This document shows, piece after piece, positions 55,498 through 64,000 of a stretch of 64,000 bases of DNA. The stretch is from an uncultured Oscillospiraceae bacterium (lineage in GTDB: Bacteria; Bacillota; Clostridia; Oscillospirales; Oscillospiraceae), in assembly GCA_910588625.1 (NCBI GenBank), contig CAJUQN010000002.1, positions 60,323 through 124,322 of the forward strand, given 5' to 3'. Position numbers and translations under genes: made by a program. How positions within the stretch are numbered: the first letter of the stretch is position 1; every line of letters begins with the position of its first letter. The notes under the pieces are model-generated. The model worked only from the letters and a program-made list of their open reading frames with translations. It made no database searches and was not told the origin of the DNA.

Positions 55498-56037
55498 ATG
55501 CACAAAGACGTAGAGCAGATCCTGTACACTGAGGCGGAACTCCGCCAGCGGGTGAAGGAGATTGGATGTCAGATCACCGCCGACTATGCCGGGAAGAACC
55601 CCATGCTGATCTCCGTCTTGCGGGGGTCCTACATCTTCATGGCAGATCTGACCCGGTCCATCAATCTGGACGTGACGGTGGACTTTATGGTGGTGTCCTC
55701 CTACGGGGCGGGCACTGTCAGCTCGGGGCAGGTGGAGATCAAAAAAGACCTGTCCGACTCTATCGAGGGTCGGGACCTCATCATTGTGGAGGATATTTTG
55801 GACTCTGGCAACACCCTTTATTACCTGATGGACGTGCTTAAGGCCCGGAAGCCCGCCTCCATCCGGCTGTGCACCCTGATGGATAAGCCGGACCGCCGCA
55901 CCAAGCCCATCACCGCCGACTATGTGGGCTTTACTATCCCCGACGCCTTTATCGTGGGCTACGGGCTGGACTACGGCGAGAAGTACCGGAACCTGCCCTA
56001 TGTGGGGGTGCTCAAACACTCCGTGTACGAAAAATAA
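55498..56037 (+). CDS. hpt: hypoxanthine phosphoribosyltransferase
   Basis: PRPP-binding motif LIIVEDILDSGNTL. Confidence 0.9.
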   Translation: MHKDVEQILYTEAELRQRVKEIGCQITADYAGKNPMLISVLRGSYIFMADLTRSINLDVTVDFMVVSSYGAGTVSSGQVEIKKDLSDSIEGRDLIIVEDILDSGNTLYYLMDVLKARKPASIRLCTLMDKPDRRTKPITADYVGFTIPDAFIVGYGLDYGEKYRNLPYVGVLKHSVYEK

Positions 56038-56088
56038 GCGGGAACGCCCCACGGTCGGGGCCGGCCGCGTTTAAGGAGAACATCTATT

Positions 56089-57966
56089 TTGAATCGCTAT
56101 AGAATCAGGAATATCGCTTTGTATGTAGTGGTGGTGCTGATCCTGCTGTGGGCGCTGACCATGTTCACCAGCCGGAGGAACGATCAGATCACCTACTCCT
56201 CCGCTGTGGCCTGCTTCCAGCGGGAGCAGGTGGTTCGGTTTGTGGTAGACGACGGCGGGATGCTGTCCATGGAGCTAAAGGACGGCGCCATTCAGCGTCA
56301 TGCTCTGGCGGATGTGGAGGCCTTCCGGCAGGAGGTGGGCCCCCTCTATCTGGATCAGTACCAGCGGGGGATCATCAAAAATTACGATTTCCGACAGGGG
56401 TTTGAAATGCCCCTGTGGCTGATTGTGCTTATCCCCTGTGTGGCGTCCGCCCTGCTGGCCATGGGTATTTGGATGCTGCTCAATGTTCACCAGCAGTCCA
56501 GCCAGAGCGGCGGAGGCGGCGGCGGTGGACAGCCGGGCATGAGCCGCTTTGGCCGGGCCCGCACCGTAGAGGGCGGCAAGGACGGCGCCGTCACCTTTGC
56601 CGATGTGGCCGGGGCGGACGAGGAGAAACAGGAGCTCCAGGAGCTGGTGGATTTTCTCAAGGAGCCGCAAAAATTCATCGACCTGGGAGCGCGCATCCCC
56701 AAGGGCGTGCTGTTGGTGGGCCCTCCTGGCACCGGTAAAACGCTGCTGGCCCGCGCCGTGGCCGGGGAGGCGGGCGTACGGTTTTTGTCCATCTCCGGTT
56801 CCGACTTCGTGGAGCTGTATGTGGGCGTGGGCGCGTCCCGTGTCCGGGACCTGTTCGACCAGGCGAAAAAGGAATCCCCCGCCATTGTGTTCATCGACGA
56901 GATCGACGCCGTGGGCCGCCAGCGCGGCGCGGGCCTGGGCGGCGGCCACGACGAGCGGGAGCAGACCTTGAACCAGCTTTTGGTGGAGATGGATGGGTTT
57001 GCCGCCAACGAGGGGGTTATTGTGCTGGCCGCCACCAACCGGCAGGACATTTTGGACCCCGCCTTGCTGCGTCCGGGCCGGTTTGACCGGCAGGTGTACG
57101 TGGGCAGGCCGGACATGAAGGGCCGGGAGGAGATCTTGAAGGTCCACACCCGGAAAAAGCCCCTGGCTGAGGACGTGGACCTCAAGGAAATCGCCCGTGA
57201 GACCACCGGATTTACAGGTGCGGACCTGGAGAACCTGATGAACGAGTCCGCTCTGCTGGCGGCGCGGAAGAACCAGCCCTATATCACGTTGGAAAATATC
57301 CAGGAGTCGGTCATCAAGGTCATCGCCGGACCGGAGAAGCGAAGCCGGGTGAAGCTGGAGGAGGACAAGCGGATCACCGCCTATCACGAGGCGGGCCACG
57401 CCGTGGTGAGCCACGCCCTGCCCACCCAGGACCCGGTGCACCAGATCACCATCATCCCCCGGGGGGAGGCGGCGGGCATGACCATCAATCGGCCTGAGGA
57501 GGACCGGGACCATGTTTCCCGCCAGCGCCTGGTGGAGACCCTGTCTACCCTGCTGGGCGGGCGGTGCGCCGAGGAGACCGCTTTGGGCTTTGTGTGCACC
57601 GGCGCGGTGAGCGATTTACAGCGGGCCACGGGTATTGCCCGTGACATGGTGAGCAAGTACGGCATGAGCCGCAACCTGGGCCACGCTACCTTCACCAGCG
57701 GGCACGACGAGGTGTTTATTGGCCGCTCCATGGCCCAGGCCAAGCCCTATTCGGAGCAGACCGCCGCCCTCATCGACCAGGAGGTCAAGGATCTGCTGGA
57801 CGCGGCCTATGCCCGGTGCAAGGAGATTTTGGAGCGGGACCGGGACAAACTGGAGCTGGTGGCCCAATTTCTGCTGGAGCACGAGACCATGGACGCGAAG
57901 CAGTTCCAGCTGGTATATGACGATCCGGAGGCGCTGAAGGCCGCCGCGGAAGATACGGAGAGCTGA
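56089..57966 (+). CDS. ftsH: ATP-dependent zinc metalloprotease FtsH
   Basis: TTG start with AAGGAGAA upstream. AAA motif [11 protein letters not shown] and zinc site HEAGHA. Confidence 0.95.
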   Translation: MNRYRIRNIALYVVVVLILLWALTMFTSRRNDQITYSSAVACFQREQVVRFVVDDGGMLSMELKDGAIQRHALADVEAFRQEVGPLYLDQYQRGIIKNYDFRQGFEMPLWLIVLIPCVASALLAMGIWMLLNVHQQSSQSGGGGGGGQPGMSRFGRARTVEGGKDGAVTFADVAGADEEKQELQELVDFLKEPQKFIDLGARIPKGVLLVGPPGTGKTLLARAVAGEAGVRFLSISGSDFVELYVGVGASRVRDLFDQAKKESPAIVFIDEIDAVGRQRGAGLGGGHDEREQTLNQLLVEMDGFAANEGVIVLAATNRQDILDPALLRPGRFDRQVYVGRPDMKGREEILKVHTRKKPLAEDVDLKEIARETTGFTGADLENLMNESALLAARKNQPYITLENIQESVIKVIAGPEKRSRVKLEEDKRITAYHEAGHAVVSHALPTQDPVHQITIIPRGEAAGMTINRPEEDRDHVSRQRLVETLSTLLGGRCAEETALGFVCTGAVSDLQRATGIARDMVSKYGMSRNLGHATFTSGHDEVFIGRSMAQAKPYSEQTAALIDQEVKDLLDAAYARCKEILERDRDKLELVAQFLLEHETMDAKQFQLVYDDPEALKAAAEDTES

Positions 57967-57969
57967 CGC

Positions 57970-58614
57970 ATGGAAAACTGGGAATCGGAAGTGGAACAGA
58001 ATAGGGAGGAGCTGTCCTCGGAGAATCCACCGGAGGGCGCCTCCGGCGAGCCGGAGAAGCAGGGCGGCAAGGCCAAGAAGGAGGCCTCCGACGGGCGGGA
58101 CCTGTACCTGAACATCCGGGTGCTGGTGGGCATGATGACGCTGTTTGTGCTCATGTTCACCTTTATCGCCCGGATCATCGTGGTCAGCGGCGAGTCCATG
58201 GAGAACACCCTTCACCATGGAGACCTGCTCTTTGTGTGGTCCCTGGGCTACAACCCGAAGCAGGGGGATGTGGTGGTGCTTACTCAGGAAAGCTATCAAG
58301 AGGACTCCATTGTTAAGAGGGTCATCGCCACCGAGGGCCAGACGGTGGATATCGACTATTTCACCGGAACCGTCTATGTGGATGACGCGCCCTTGAAGGA
58401 GGACTATATCCGGGAGCAGATGCTCCTGCCCTCCTACGGTGAGGGGCTCAATCACGTTACGGTGCCGGAGGGGTGCATCTTTGTCATGGGGGACAACCGC
58501 AACCACTCCGCGGACAGCCGCTTTCCTGCCATCGGTATCGTGGATGTCCGGTGCGTCATCGGGCACGGTATTTTTGTGATGTTCCCCTTCCACCACTGGA
58601 AGGGGCTGGGCTGA
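57970..58614 (+). CDS. lepB: signal peptidase I
   Basis: SGESMENTL, VKRVIATEG and GDNRNHSADSR. It has an unusually charged ~45-aa N-terminal extension before the TM helix. Confidence 0.9.
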   Translation: MENWESEVEQNREELSSENPPEGASGEPEKQGGKAKKEASDGRDLYLNIRVLVGMMTLFVLMFTFIARIIVVSGESMENTLHHGDLLFVWSLGYNPKQGDVVVLTQESYQEDSIVKRVIATEGQTVDIDYFTGTVYVDDAPLKEDYIREQMLLPSYGEGLNHVTVPEGCIFVMGDNRNHSADSRFPAIGIVDVRCVIGHGIFVMFPFHHWKGLG

Positions 58615-58659
58615 TGCAGTGCTTCAAGTTTTTGTTCCAGCGTCTGGGGGAGGTTTTCC

Positions 58660-59613
58660 ATGGATAGTATAGTCAAAAGATTGGCGGAGCGCACGTCCTG
58701 GCTTCTATTTGCCGTGGCGGCAGGCTTCGTGTCCGCCGCCCTGCGGCGGTGGCAGCTGAGCACCGCCTTTGAGGACGTCACCGGGTTGGCAATTCCAGGC
58801 GCCCAGGCCAGCGTCATCCTCGCCTGTGTGCTAGTGATGTCGGCGGCATGGTTTATCCTCTCCGCCATCCACCAGCCCATGGCCAAGCGCCCCCCGGTGG
58901 AGGGACAGGCGGAGCGCTGGGATCTGGTGTTTTTGGATGCGGGCGACCCAGTTTACCCTATTTTGGTCATCCTGGCGGCCTTTTTGGCCCTGGCGGCCAC
59001 GCCCTTCTTTTTGAAGCTGGGCATTGACCAATGGAGGGTGTATCAGGAGCTGCTGGCCGCCAAGGCCGAGAACCCCAGCGTCCAGCTGCCCAGCAGCAAT
59101 GGGGCGCTGACCATTGCCACGGCGGTGGGGGCCCTGCTGTCTTTCCTGGGTCTGCTGCAAATGGGCCGGGACGGTTTCCGGCCCGGACGGCGGGGCAAGG
59201 GCGGCTTTTCCGCGGTGCTGCCCGGCATAGCCGGATGCGTGTGGCTGATGGAGAGCTTCCGGGGTCACGCAGCGAACCCGGTACAGTGGGATTACGCTCC
59301 CTTGCTGCTGGCCATCGTGTGCGGGATGCTGTTTTATATGGACTTCGCCGGGATGTCCGCCGGGGCGGGGCGGCCCAGGCGGCTGCTGTGGGTGTCGGCT
59401 ATGACGCTGGTCATGTCCGCCCCCGCGCTGGTGTCGGCGCTGGCGGATATGTCGCTGGGCGATGTGCTGTTGTTGTGTGCCCAGGGGCTGACGGCGGCGG
59501 CGGCGCTGTGGCGGCTGCCCCCCAATTTGGAGCACCCGCCCAAAATCAAAGGAACCCCCATCCCCCGCCAGACCGGGGCAGCAACCATACAGGAGGAGAC
59601 CACCGATGAATGA
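58660..59613 (+). CDS. hypothetical polytopic membrane protein
   Basis: 317 aa with ~6-7 hydrophobic segments. I recognise no family. It overlaps the metG start by 8 nt. Confidence 0.6.
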   Translation: MDSIVKRLAERTSWLLFAVAAGFVSAALRRWQLSTAFEDVTGLAIPGAQASVILACVLVMSAAWFILSAIHQPMAKRPPVEGQAERWDLVFLDAGDPVYPILVILAAFLALAATPFFLKLGIDQWRVYQELLAAKAENPSVQLPSSNGALTIATAVGALLSFLGLLQMGRDGFRPGRRGKGGFSAVLPGIAGCVWLMESFRGHAANPVQWDYAPLLLAIVCGMLFYMDFAGMSAGAGRPRRLLWVSAMTLVMSAPALVSALADMSLGDVLLLCAQGLTAAAALWRLPPNLEHPPKIKGTPIPRQTGAATIQEETTDE

Positions 59614-61573
59614 CAAGAAGTTTTATATTACCACACCTATTTACTACCCCTCGGATAAGCTGCACATCGGCCACGCCTACTGCACCGTGGCCACCGACGC
59701 CATGGCCCGGTATAAGCGGCTGTGCGGCTATGATGTGATGTTCCTGACCGGCACCGACGAGCACGGCCAGAAAATCGAGGATAAGGCCAAGGAGGCGGGC
59801 GTCACCCCCAAGGAGTATGTGGACAACATCGTAGAGGGTCCCAAGGGCGTGCTGGACCTGTGGAAGCTGATGAACATCTCCAACGACCGGTTTATCCGCA
59901 CCACCGACGGCTACCATGTGTCCGCCATTCAGAAGATCTTCAAGCAGATGTACGACAACGGGGACATCTATAAGGGCACCTACAAGGGCAAGTACTGCAA
60001 GCCCTGCGAGTCCTTCTGGACGGAGTCCCAGCTGGTGGACGGCAAGTGCCCCGACTGCGGCCGGGACGTGGTGGACGCGGAGGAGGAGGCTTATTTCTTC
60101 CGCCTGTCCATGTATGCCGACCGGGTCCGGCGCCTGCTGGAGGACACCGATTTCCTGGAACCCCGTTCCCGGGTCCACGAGATGGTGAACAACTTCATCA
60201 AGCCTGGCCTGGAGGATTTGTGCGTGTCCCGCACCTCCTTCACCTGGGGCATCCCGGTGGACTTTGACCCCGGCCATGTGGTGTATGTGTGGATCGACGC
60301 GCTGTCCAACTATATCACCGCCCTGGGCTTCATGAATGACCGGTATGACGACTATGAGAAGTATTGGCCTGCCGATGTCCACTTTGTGGGTAAGGAGATC
60401 GTCCGGTTCCACTCCATCATCTGGCCCGCCATGCTCATGAGCCTGGGCGAGCCCCTGCCCAAGAAGGTGTACGGCCACGGCTGGCTGCTGCTGGGCGGCG
60501 GCAAGATGTCCAAGTCCAAGGGCAATATCGTGGACCCCTATCTGCTCAGTGAGCGGTACGGCGTGGATGCCCTGCGGTTCTTCCTGCTGCGCTCCTTCCC
60601 CTTCGGGTCCGACGGCAACTTCACCAACGAGCTGCTGATCCAGACCATCAACGTGGACCTGGCCAACGACCTGGGCAACCTGGTCAGCCGCACCACCGCC
60701 ATGGCGGAGAAGTATTTCGGCGGAAAGCTGCCCGAGGCCAAGCAGAGCGCAGAGCTGGACAAGGAGCTGATCTCTCTAACCACCGGTTTGCGGGCCCGGT
60801 ATGAGGAGCAGATGGAACGGTTCCAGTTCCAGAACGCCCTGGAGGAGGTCTTCAAGGTCGTCCAGCGGGCCAACAAATATATCGACGAAAACGCTCCCTG
60901 GACCCTGGCAAAGGATATGGAGGCCAACGGCCCCCGGCTGGCCCATGTGCTCTACAACCTGCTGGAAACCGTCCGGGTGTGCACCGTGCTGCTGACCCCC
61001 TTTATGCCCGAGAGCTGTGAAAAGATTTTCGCCCAGATCGGCGCCGGCCCTGACGCCCAGACCTGGGACAGCGCCGCGCAGTGGGGTGTGCTCCCTGCCG
61101 CCGTGTCCGTCGCCAAGGGCGAGAACTTGTTCCCCCGCATCGACCTGAACAAGGAGCTGGCCGAGCTGGACCGCATCCAGGAGGAGGCCAAAAAGGCCGC
61201 CCTGCCTGCCATCGAGATCGAGCCCCAGCTGGAGGAGAAGGTGGACTTCGACACCTTCTGTAAGTCCGATTTCCGGGCTGTGAAGGTGAAGGACTGCCAG
61301 AACGTGAAGAAGTCGGACAAGCTGTTGAAGTTTACCTTGGACGACGGCACCGGCGCCGACCGCCAGATCCTGTCCGGCATTGCCAAGTGGTATAAGCCGG
61401 AGGAGCTCATTGGAAAAACACTGGTTGCCATTGTCAACCTGCCCCCCCGCAAGATGATGGGACAGGAGAGCCAGGGGATGCTCATCTCCGCTGTGCATAC
61501 GGAGAAGGGCGAGGAGTGCCTCCACCTGCTGATGGTGGACGATGCCATCCCCGCTGGGGCGAAGCTGTGCTGA
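59606..61573 (+). CDS. metG: methionine--tRNA ligase with C-terminal tRNA-binding (EMAPII-like) domain
   Basis: HIGH-type motif LHIGHAY, a CxxC..CxxC zinc knuckle, and KMSKS. Confidence 0.95.
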   Translation: MNDKKFYITTPIYYPSDKLHIGHAYCTVATDAMARYKRLCGYDVMFLTGTDEHGQKIEDKAKEAGVTPKEYVDNIVEGPKGVLDLWKLMNISNDRFIRTTDGYHVSAIQKIFKQMYDNGDIYKGTYKGKYCKPCESFWTESQLVDGKCPDCGRDVVDAEEEAYFFRLSMYADRVRRLLEDTDFLEPRSRVHEMVNNFIKPGLEDLCVSRTSFTWGIPVDFDPGHVVYVWIDALSNYITALGFMNDRYDDYEKYWPADVHFVGKEIVRFHSIIWPAMLMSLGEPLPKKVYGHGWLLLGGGKMSKSKGNIVDPYLLSERYGVDALRFFLLRSFPFGSDGNFTNELLIQTINVDLANDLGNLVSRTTAMAEKYFGGKLPEAKQSAELDKELISLTTGLRARYEEQMERFQFQNALEEVFKVVQRANKYIDENAPWTLAKDMEANGPRLAHVLYNLLETVRVCTVLLTPFMPESCEKIFAQIGAGPDAQTWDSAAQWGVLPAAVSVAKGENLFPRIDLNKELAELDRIQEEAKKAALPAIEIEPQLEEKVDFDTFCKSDFRAVKVKDCQNVKKSDKLLKFTLDDGTGADRQILSGIAKWYKPEELIGKTLVAIVNLPPRKMMGQESQGMLISAVHTEKGEECLHLLMVDDAIPAGAKLC

Positions 61574-61608
61574 AAACCAAAGGCGGTTTGAGAAGTTGAG
61601 GAGGAAAT

Positions 61609-62226
61609 GTGAGTATGAAAAACCGGCTAATTTTATTTTTCTTGGCGCTGACGATGCTGATGTCCCTGACGGCGTGCGGAGAGAACGGACTGAGTCTCAG
61701 GCCCGGTGGAAGCGGCAGCCCAGAGGATGACGTTGACGTCGTCACCCCCGACGAGGAAGGCGTGGCCGTGGGCTATGAGGGCGACACCCTGCGCACCAAG
61801 TTTTTTGACATGAAGGTGGAAAATCCCAAAACCTCCACGGAATTTGACGGCCTGACTCCGGAGGAGGGATATAAGTTCCTGGCGGTGGACCTGACTTTGT
61901 ATAACTACACCAGCAGTTCCGTGCCCATGTATGACACCGATTTTGAGGTGGTGTGGGATTTGGATGACGACGACGCCTGGGCCTGGCCCGAGTGCGACGA
62001 GATCATGGACGAGAATGGTGAGGAGCAGTATACCGTCAGGTCCGAACAGCAGATCCCGGTGGAGTTTTCCCTGGGCATCCACAAGACGGTGACCGGTGTG
62101 CTGCTCTACCAGGTGCCCGAGGACAGCACTGACTTCATCATCGATTTCTATGAGATCTTTGAGCCCGAGACGGAGGGCGGCGACCCCGAGTACGGAGACG
62201 CCTTCTACGTGATGTTCAGCGCATGA
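61609..62226 (+). CDS. lipoprotein with DUF4352-like Ig-fold domain
   Basis: Lipobox LMSLTACG. The pattern KFLAVDLTLYNYTSSSVPM..DFEVVW resembles the DUF4352 family. The assignment is tentative. Confidence 0.6.
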   Translation: MSMKNRLILFFLALTMLMSLTACGENGLSLRPGGSGSPEDDVDVVTPDEEGVAVGYEGDTLRTKFFDMKVENPKTSTEFDGLTPEEGYKFLAVDLTLYNYTSSSVPMYDTDFEVVWDLDDDDAWAWPECDEIMDENGEEQYTVRSEQQIPVEFSLGIHKTVTGVLLYQVPEDSTDFIIDFYEIFEPETEGGDPEYGDAFYVMFSA

Positions 62227-62999
62227 GCATGGCGCTGTTCGATACCCATGCCCATTACGACTCCCACAAGTTCGACTCCGACCGGGACGAGGTGCTGTCC
62301 GCCCTCCCCGGCTTCGGGGTGGAGCTGGTGGTGAACCCCGGCTGTGACCTGGAAAGCTCCCGAAAGGCCGTGGAGCTGGCGGGGCGCTATCCCTTCGTCT
62401 ATGCCGCCGTGGGGGTCCATCCGGAGGATTGCGGGGATTGGAAGGATGAGGATGTGGAGGAGCTGCGCTCACTGGCGGCTGAGCCCCGTGTAGTGGCCAT
62501 CGGGGAGATTGGGCTGGATTACTATTGGCCGGAAAACCCGCCCAGGGAGCTGCAAAAACGGGTGTTTCGGTCCCAGCTGGTTCTGGCTCGGGAGCTGGAT
62601 CTGCCCGTCATCGTCCACGACCGGGAGGCCCACGGGGACAGCATGGACATCGTCCGGGAGTTCCCCGGCGTGCGCGGCGTGTTTCACTGCTTTTCCGGCA
62701 GCGCTGAGATGGCGAAGGAGCTGGTGAAGCTGGGGTGGATGATCTCCTTTACGGGGGTGCTGACCTATAAGAACGCCCGCAAGGCGGTGGAGGCGGCTCA
62801 AGCCATCCCGCTGGAGCGGATCATGATTGAAACTGACAGCCCCTATATGGCCCCCGTCCCCTGCCGGGGCAAACGGAACCACTCCGGCTATGTGGGCTAT
62901 ATCTGCGAGCGGCTGGCAGAAATAAAAGGGATTTCGTCGGACCAATGTTCCAGGATGACCCGGCAGAATGGAGTGGATTTTTTCCGCATTCAGGAATGA
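62223..62999 (+). CDS. tatD: TatD family metal-dependent hydrolase
   Basis: FDTHAHYD...GEIGLDYYW...HCFSG, downstream of metG as in Bacillus yabD. Confidence 0.9.
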   Translation: MSMALFDTHAHYDSHKFDSDRDEVLSALPGFGVELVVNPGCDLESSRKAVELAGRYPFVYAAVGVHPEDCGDWKDEDVEELRSLAAEPRVVAIGEIGLDYYWPENPPRELQKRVFRSQLVLARELDLPVIVHDREAHGDSMDIVREFPGVRGVFHCFSGSAEMAKELVKLGWMISFTGVLTYKNARKAVEAAQAIPLERIMIETDSPYMAPVPCRGKRNHSGYVGYICERLAEIKGISSDQCSRMTRQNGVDFFRIQE

Positions 63000-63092
63000 A
63001 CTGGAAGCAACAGAGAAAAGGAGGTTTTTTGTGGAAGAGGATGAAAATTTGTTCCAAAATGCCGCGGTTTTCGGTTTTTTTTCAAAGTGTGC

Positions 63093-63121
63093 TTGACAGT
63101 ATGACAAGCTGGTGTTATACT
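63093..63121 (+). promoter_or_regulatory. promoter TTGACA-17-TATACT upstream of cspA
   Basis: -35 at 63093-63098 and -10 at 63116-63121. Confidence 0.6.
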
Positions 63122-63154
63122 GACAATGGTTTTGATGTATGAACTGATTTGTGC

Positions 63155-63190
63155 CCGCTCTTTCGTACACGAAAGGGCGGACTTTTTTCT
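63155..63190 (+). terminator. terminator-like hairpin within csp 5' leader
   Basis: CCGCTCTTTCG-taca-CGAAAGGGCGG (11 bp) followed by ACTTTTTTCTTC. It lies ~30 nt after the predicted TSS and 46 nt before the csp ATG. Confidence 0.55.
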
Positions 63191-63235
63191 TCTACTTTCA
63201 AAACGAAATTTTTACAAATAAGGAGGATATAGGAA

Positions 63236-63451
63236 ATGAACGGTACTGTGAAATGGTTCAACGCTGAGAAGGGCTACGGCTTCATCACTCCCGACGACGG
63301 CACTGAGGACGTGTTCGTGCACTTCTCCGCCATCGTGGCCGAGGGCTACAAGAAGCTGCTGGAGGGTCAGAAGGTCACCTTTGAGACCGAGCCCGATCCC
63401 CGCGGCGCCAAGGGCGTGCGCGCCACCAACGTGGTCGCTCAGCCGGAGTAA
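63236..63451 (+). CDS. cspA: cold-shock protein
   Basis: [15 protein letters not shown] (RNP1) and DVFVHFSAI (RNP2). Confidence 0.95.
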   Translation: MNGTVKWFNAEKGYGFITPDDGTEDVFVHFSAIVAEGYKKLLEGQKVTFETEPDPRGAKGVRATNVVAQPE

Positions 63452-63461
63452 GAACCGGAAA

Positions 63462-63494
63462 AGAAGGCCTGCCATCTGGCAGGCCCTTTTTTTG
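63462..63494 (+). terminator. rho-independent terminator
   Basis: GGCCTGCC-atct-GGCAGGCC followed by TTTTTTT. Confidence 0.8.
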
Positions 63495-63539
63495 TTCAGA
63501 GGGAGAAGAGCACCCCGCCGGAGATGCGGCGGGGCTTTT

Positions 63540-63743
63540 CTATTTCTTTTTCAGCTTGTGCTGGGCGCCGTCCGGGTCCACGAAATAGGTGCGGTCAAGC
63601 TGGTCGGTGAGGCTGGCCTTCACGCTGGCGATATACTCCTTACGCAAGGCATCACGTTCCGCCAGCTCAACGGGGGTCAGGGTCTCCCCTGCCTTCACCC
63701 GGCGGGCGAGTTCGTTGATGCGGTCGATTTTCTTCTGCTCCAT
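63540..63743 (-). CDS. DUF896/UPF0291 (YnzC-like) small protein
   Basis: The start was set at MEQKKIDRINELARRVKAGETLTPVELAERDALRKEYI, a typical YnzC-family sequence. It overlaps the upstream stop by 1 nt. Confidence 0.8.
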   Translation of the reverse strand: MEQKKIDRINELARRVKAGETLTPVELAERDALRKEYIASVKASLTDQLDRTYFVDPDGAQHKLKKK

Positions 63744-64000
63744 TACAGATACCTCTCGATTTCGATAATAATGCGGCCCTTTCGAGACTGCCCGCCCACG
63801 GTCTTGACCACGCACTTGCCCAGTCCCCGGCCGGTGAGGACGTCGCCTTCCTCCACCGGTTTGTCCGGTTTGAGGCATTCCCGGTGGTTGAGAGACACCC
63901 TCCCTCCGGTGATAGCGTCCGCCGCCTTGCTCCGGGCCAGGGAAAAGCCGGAGGCCAGCACCGCGTCCAGACGAAGGGCAGCGACGGTGTCGTGGATGAC
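63743..64000 (-). CDS. S4-domain RNA-binding protein (YlmH-like), 5' end outside window
   Basis: The frame stays open to the window edge (..VIHDTVAALRLDAVLASGFSLARSKAADAITGGRVSLNHRE..), which is an S4 motif. The track's start at 63961 is an internal GTG. Confidence 0.7.
   Translation of the reverse strand, partial: VIHDTVAALRLDAVLASGFSLARSKAADAITGGRVSLNHRECLKPDKPVEEGDVLTGRGLGKCVVKTVGGQSRKGRIIIEIERYL

Overview
This is a GC-rich chromosomal segment (about 60% GC by eye, not computed). It looks like a spore-forming Clostridia-type Firmicute, inferred from spoIIR, a V-type ATPase operon, and Bacillus-like synteny (gdpP-rplI-dnaB, tilS-hpt-ftsH, metG-tatD). The content is mostly core metabolism.

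Gene content, in order:
1. 1-11.7 kb: anaerobic cobalamin biosynthesis. cobT-cbiA-cbiET-cbiJ-cbiH-cbiF-cbiL-cbiD lie on the minus strand and cbiG is divergent. Two back-to-back cobalamin riboswitches sit between them. An ECF-type S-component plus a two-domain P-loop kinase follows, behind an unclassified attenuator leader.
2. 11.7-21 kb: an SBP / YesM-like kinase / YesN-like AraC regulator / HAD operon, next to an Fbp/Pot-type ABC importer.
3. 21-23.2 kb: an orphan acidic protein, spoIIR and a very AT-rich GNAT islet.
4. 23.2-34.2 kb: an ~11-kb shikimate super-operon (aroF-aroB-aroA-aroC-pheA-aroK-aroQ-aroE plus embedded non-pathway genes and ispE). It is preceded by a Phe/Trp/Tyr-rich leader peptide and an intrinsic terminator.
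5. 34.2-40.7 kb: a UPF0371 protein, thiI, a lower-GC XRE-NUDIX islet, a secreted protein and cinA.
6. 40.9-50 kb: a nine-gene V-ATPase operon with an extra small membrane gene.
7. 50-64 kb: gdpP, rplI, dnaB, tilS, hpt, ftsH, lepB, metG, tatD, cspA and small conserved genes.

I saw no rRNA, tRNA, CRISPR array, transposase or integrase.

The least-explained elements are regulatory RNAs and small embedded genes, not a large accessory system. The long ORFs antisense to clear genes are treated as GC-driven artefacts. CDS coordinates come from the ORF track, with starts re-chosen from SD/ATG context. Non-CDS coordinates were counted by hand and may be off by a few nt.
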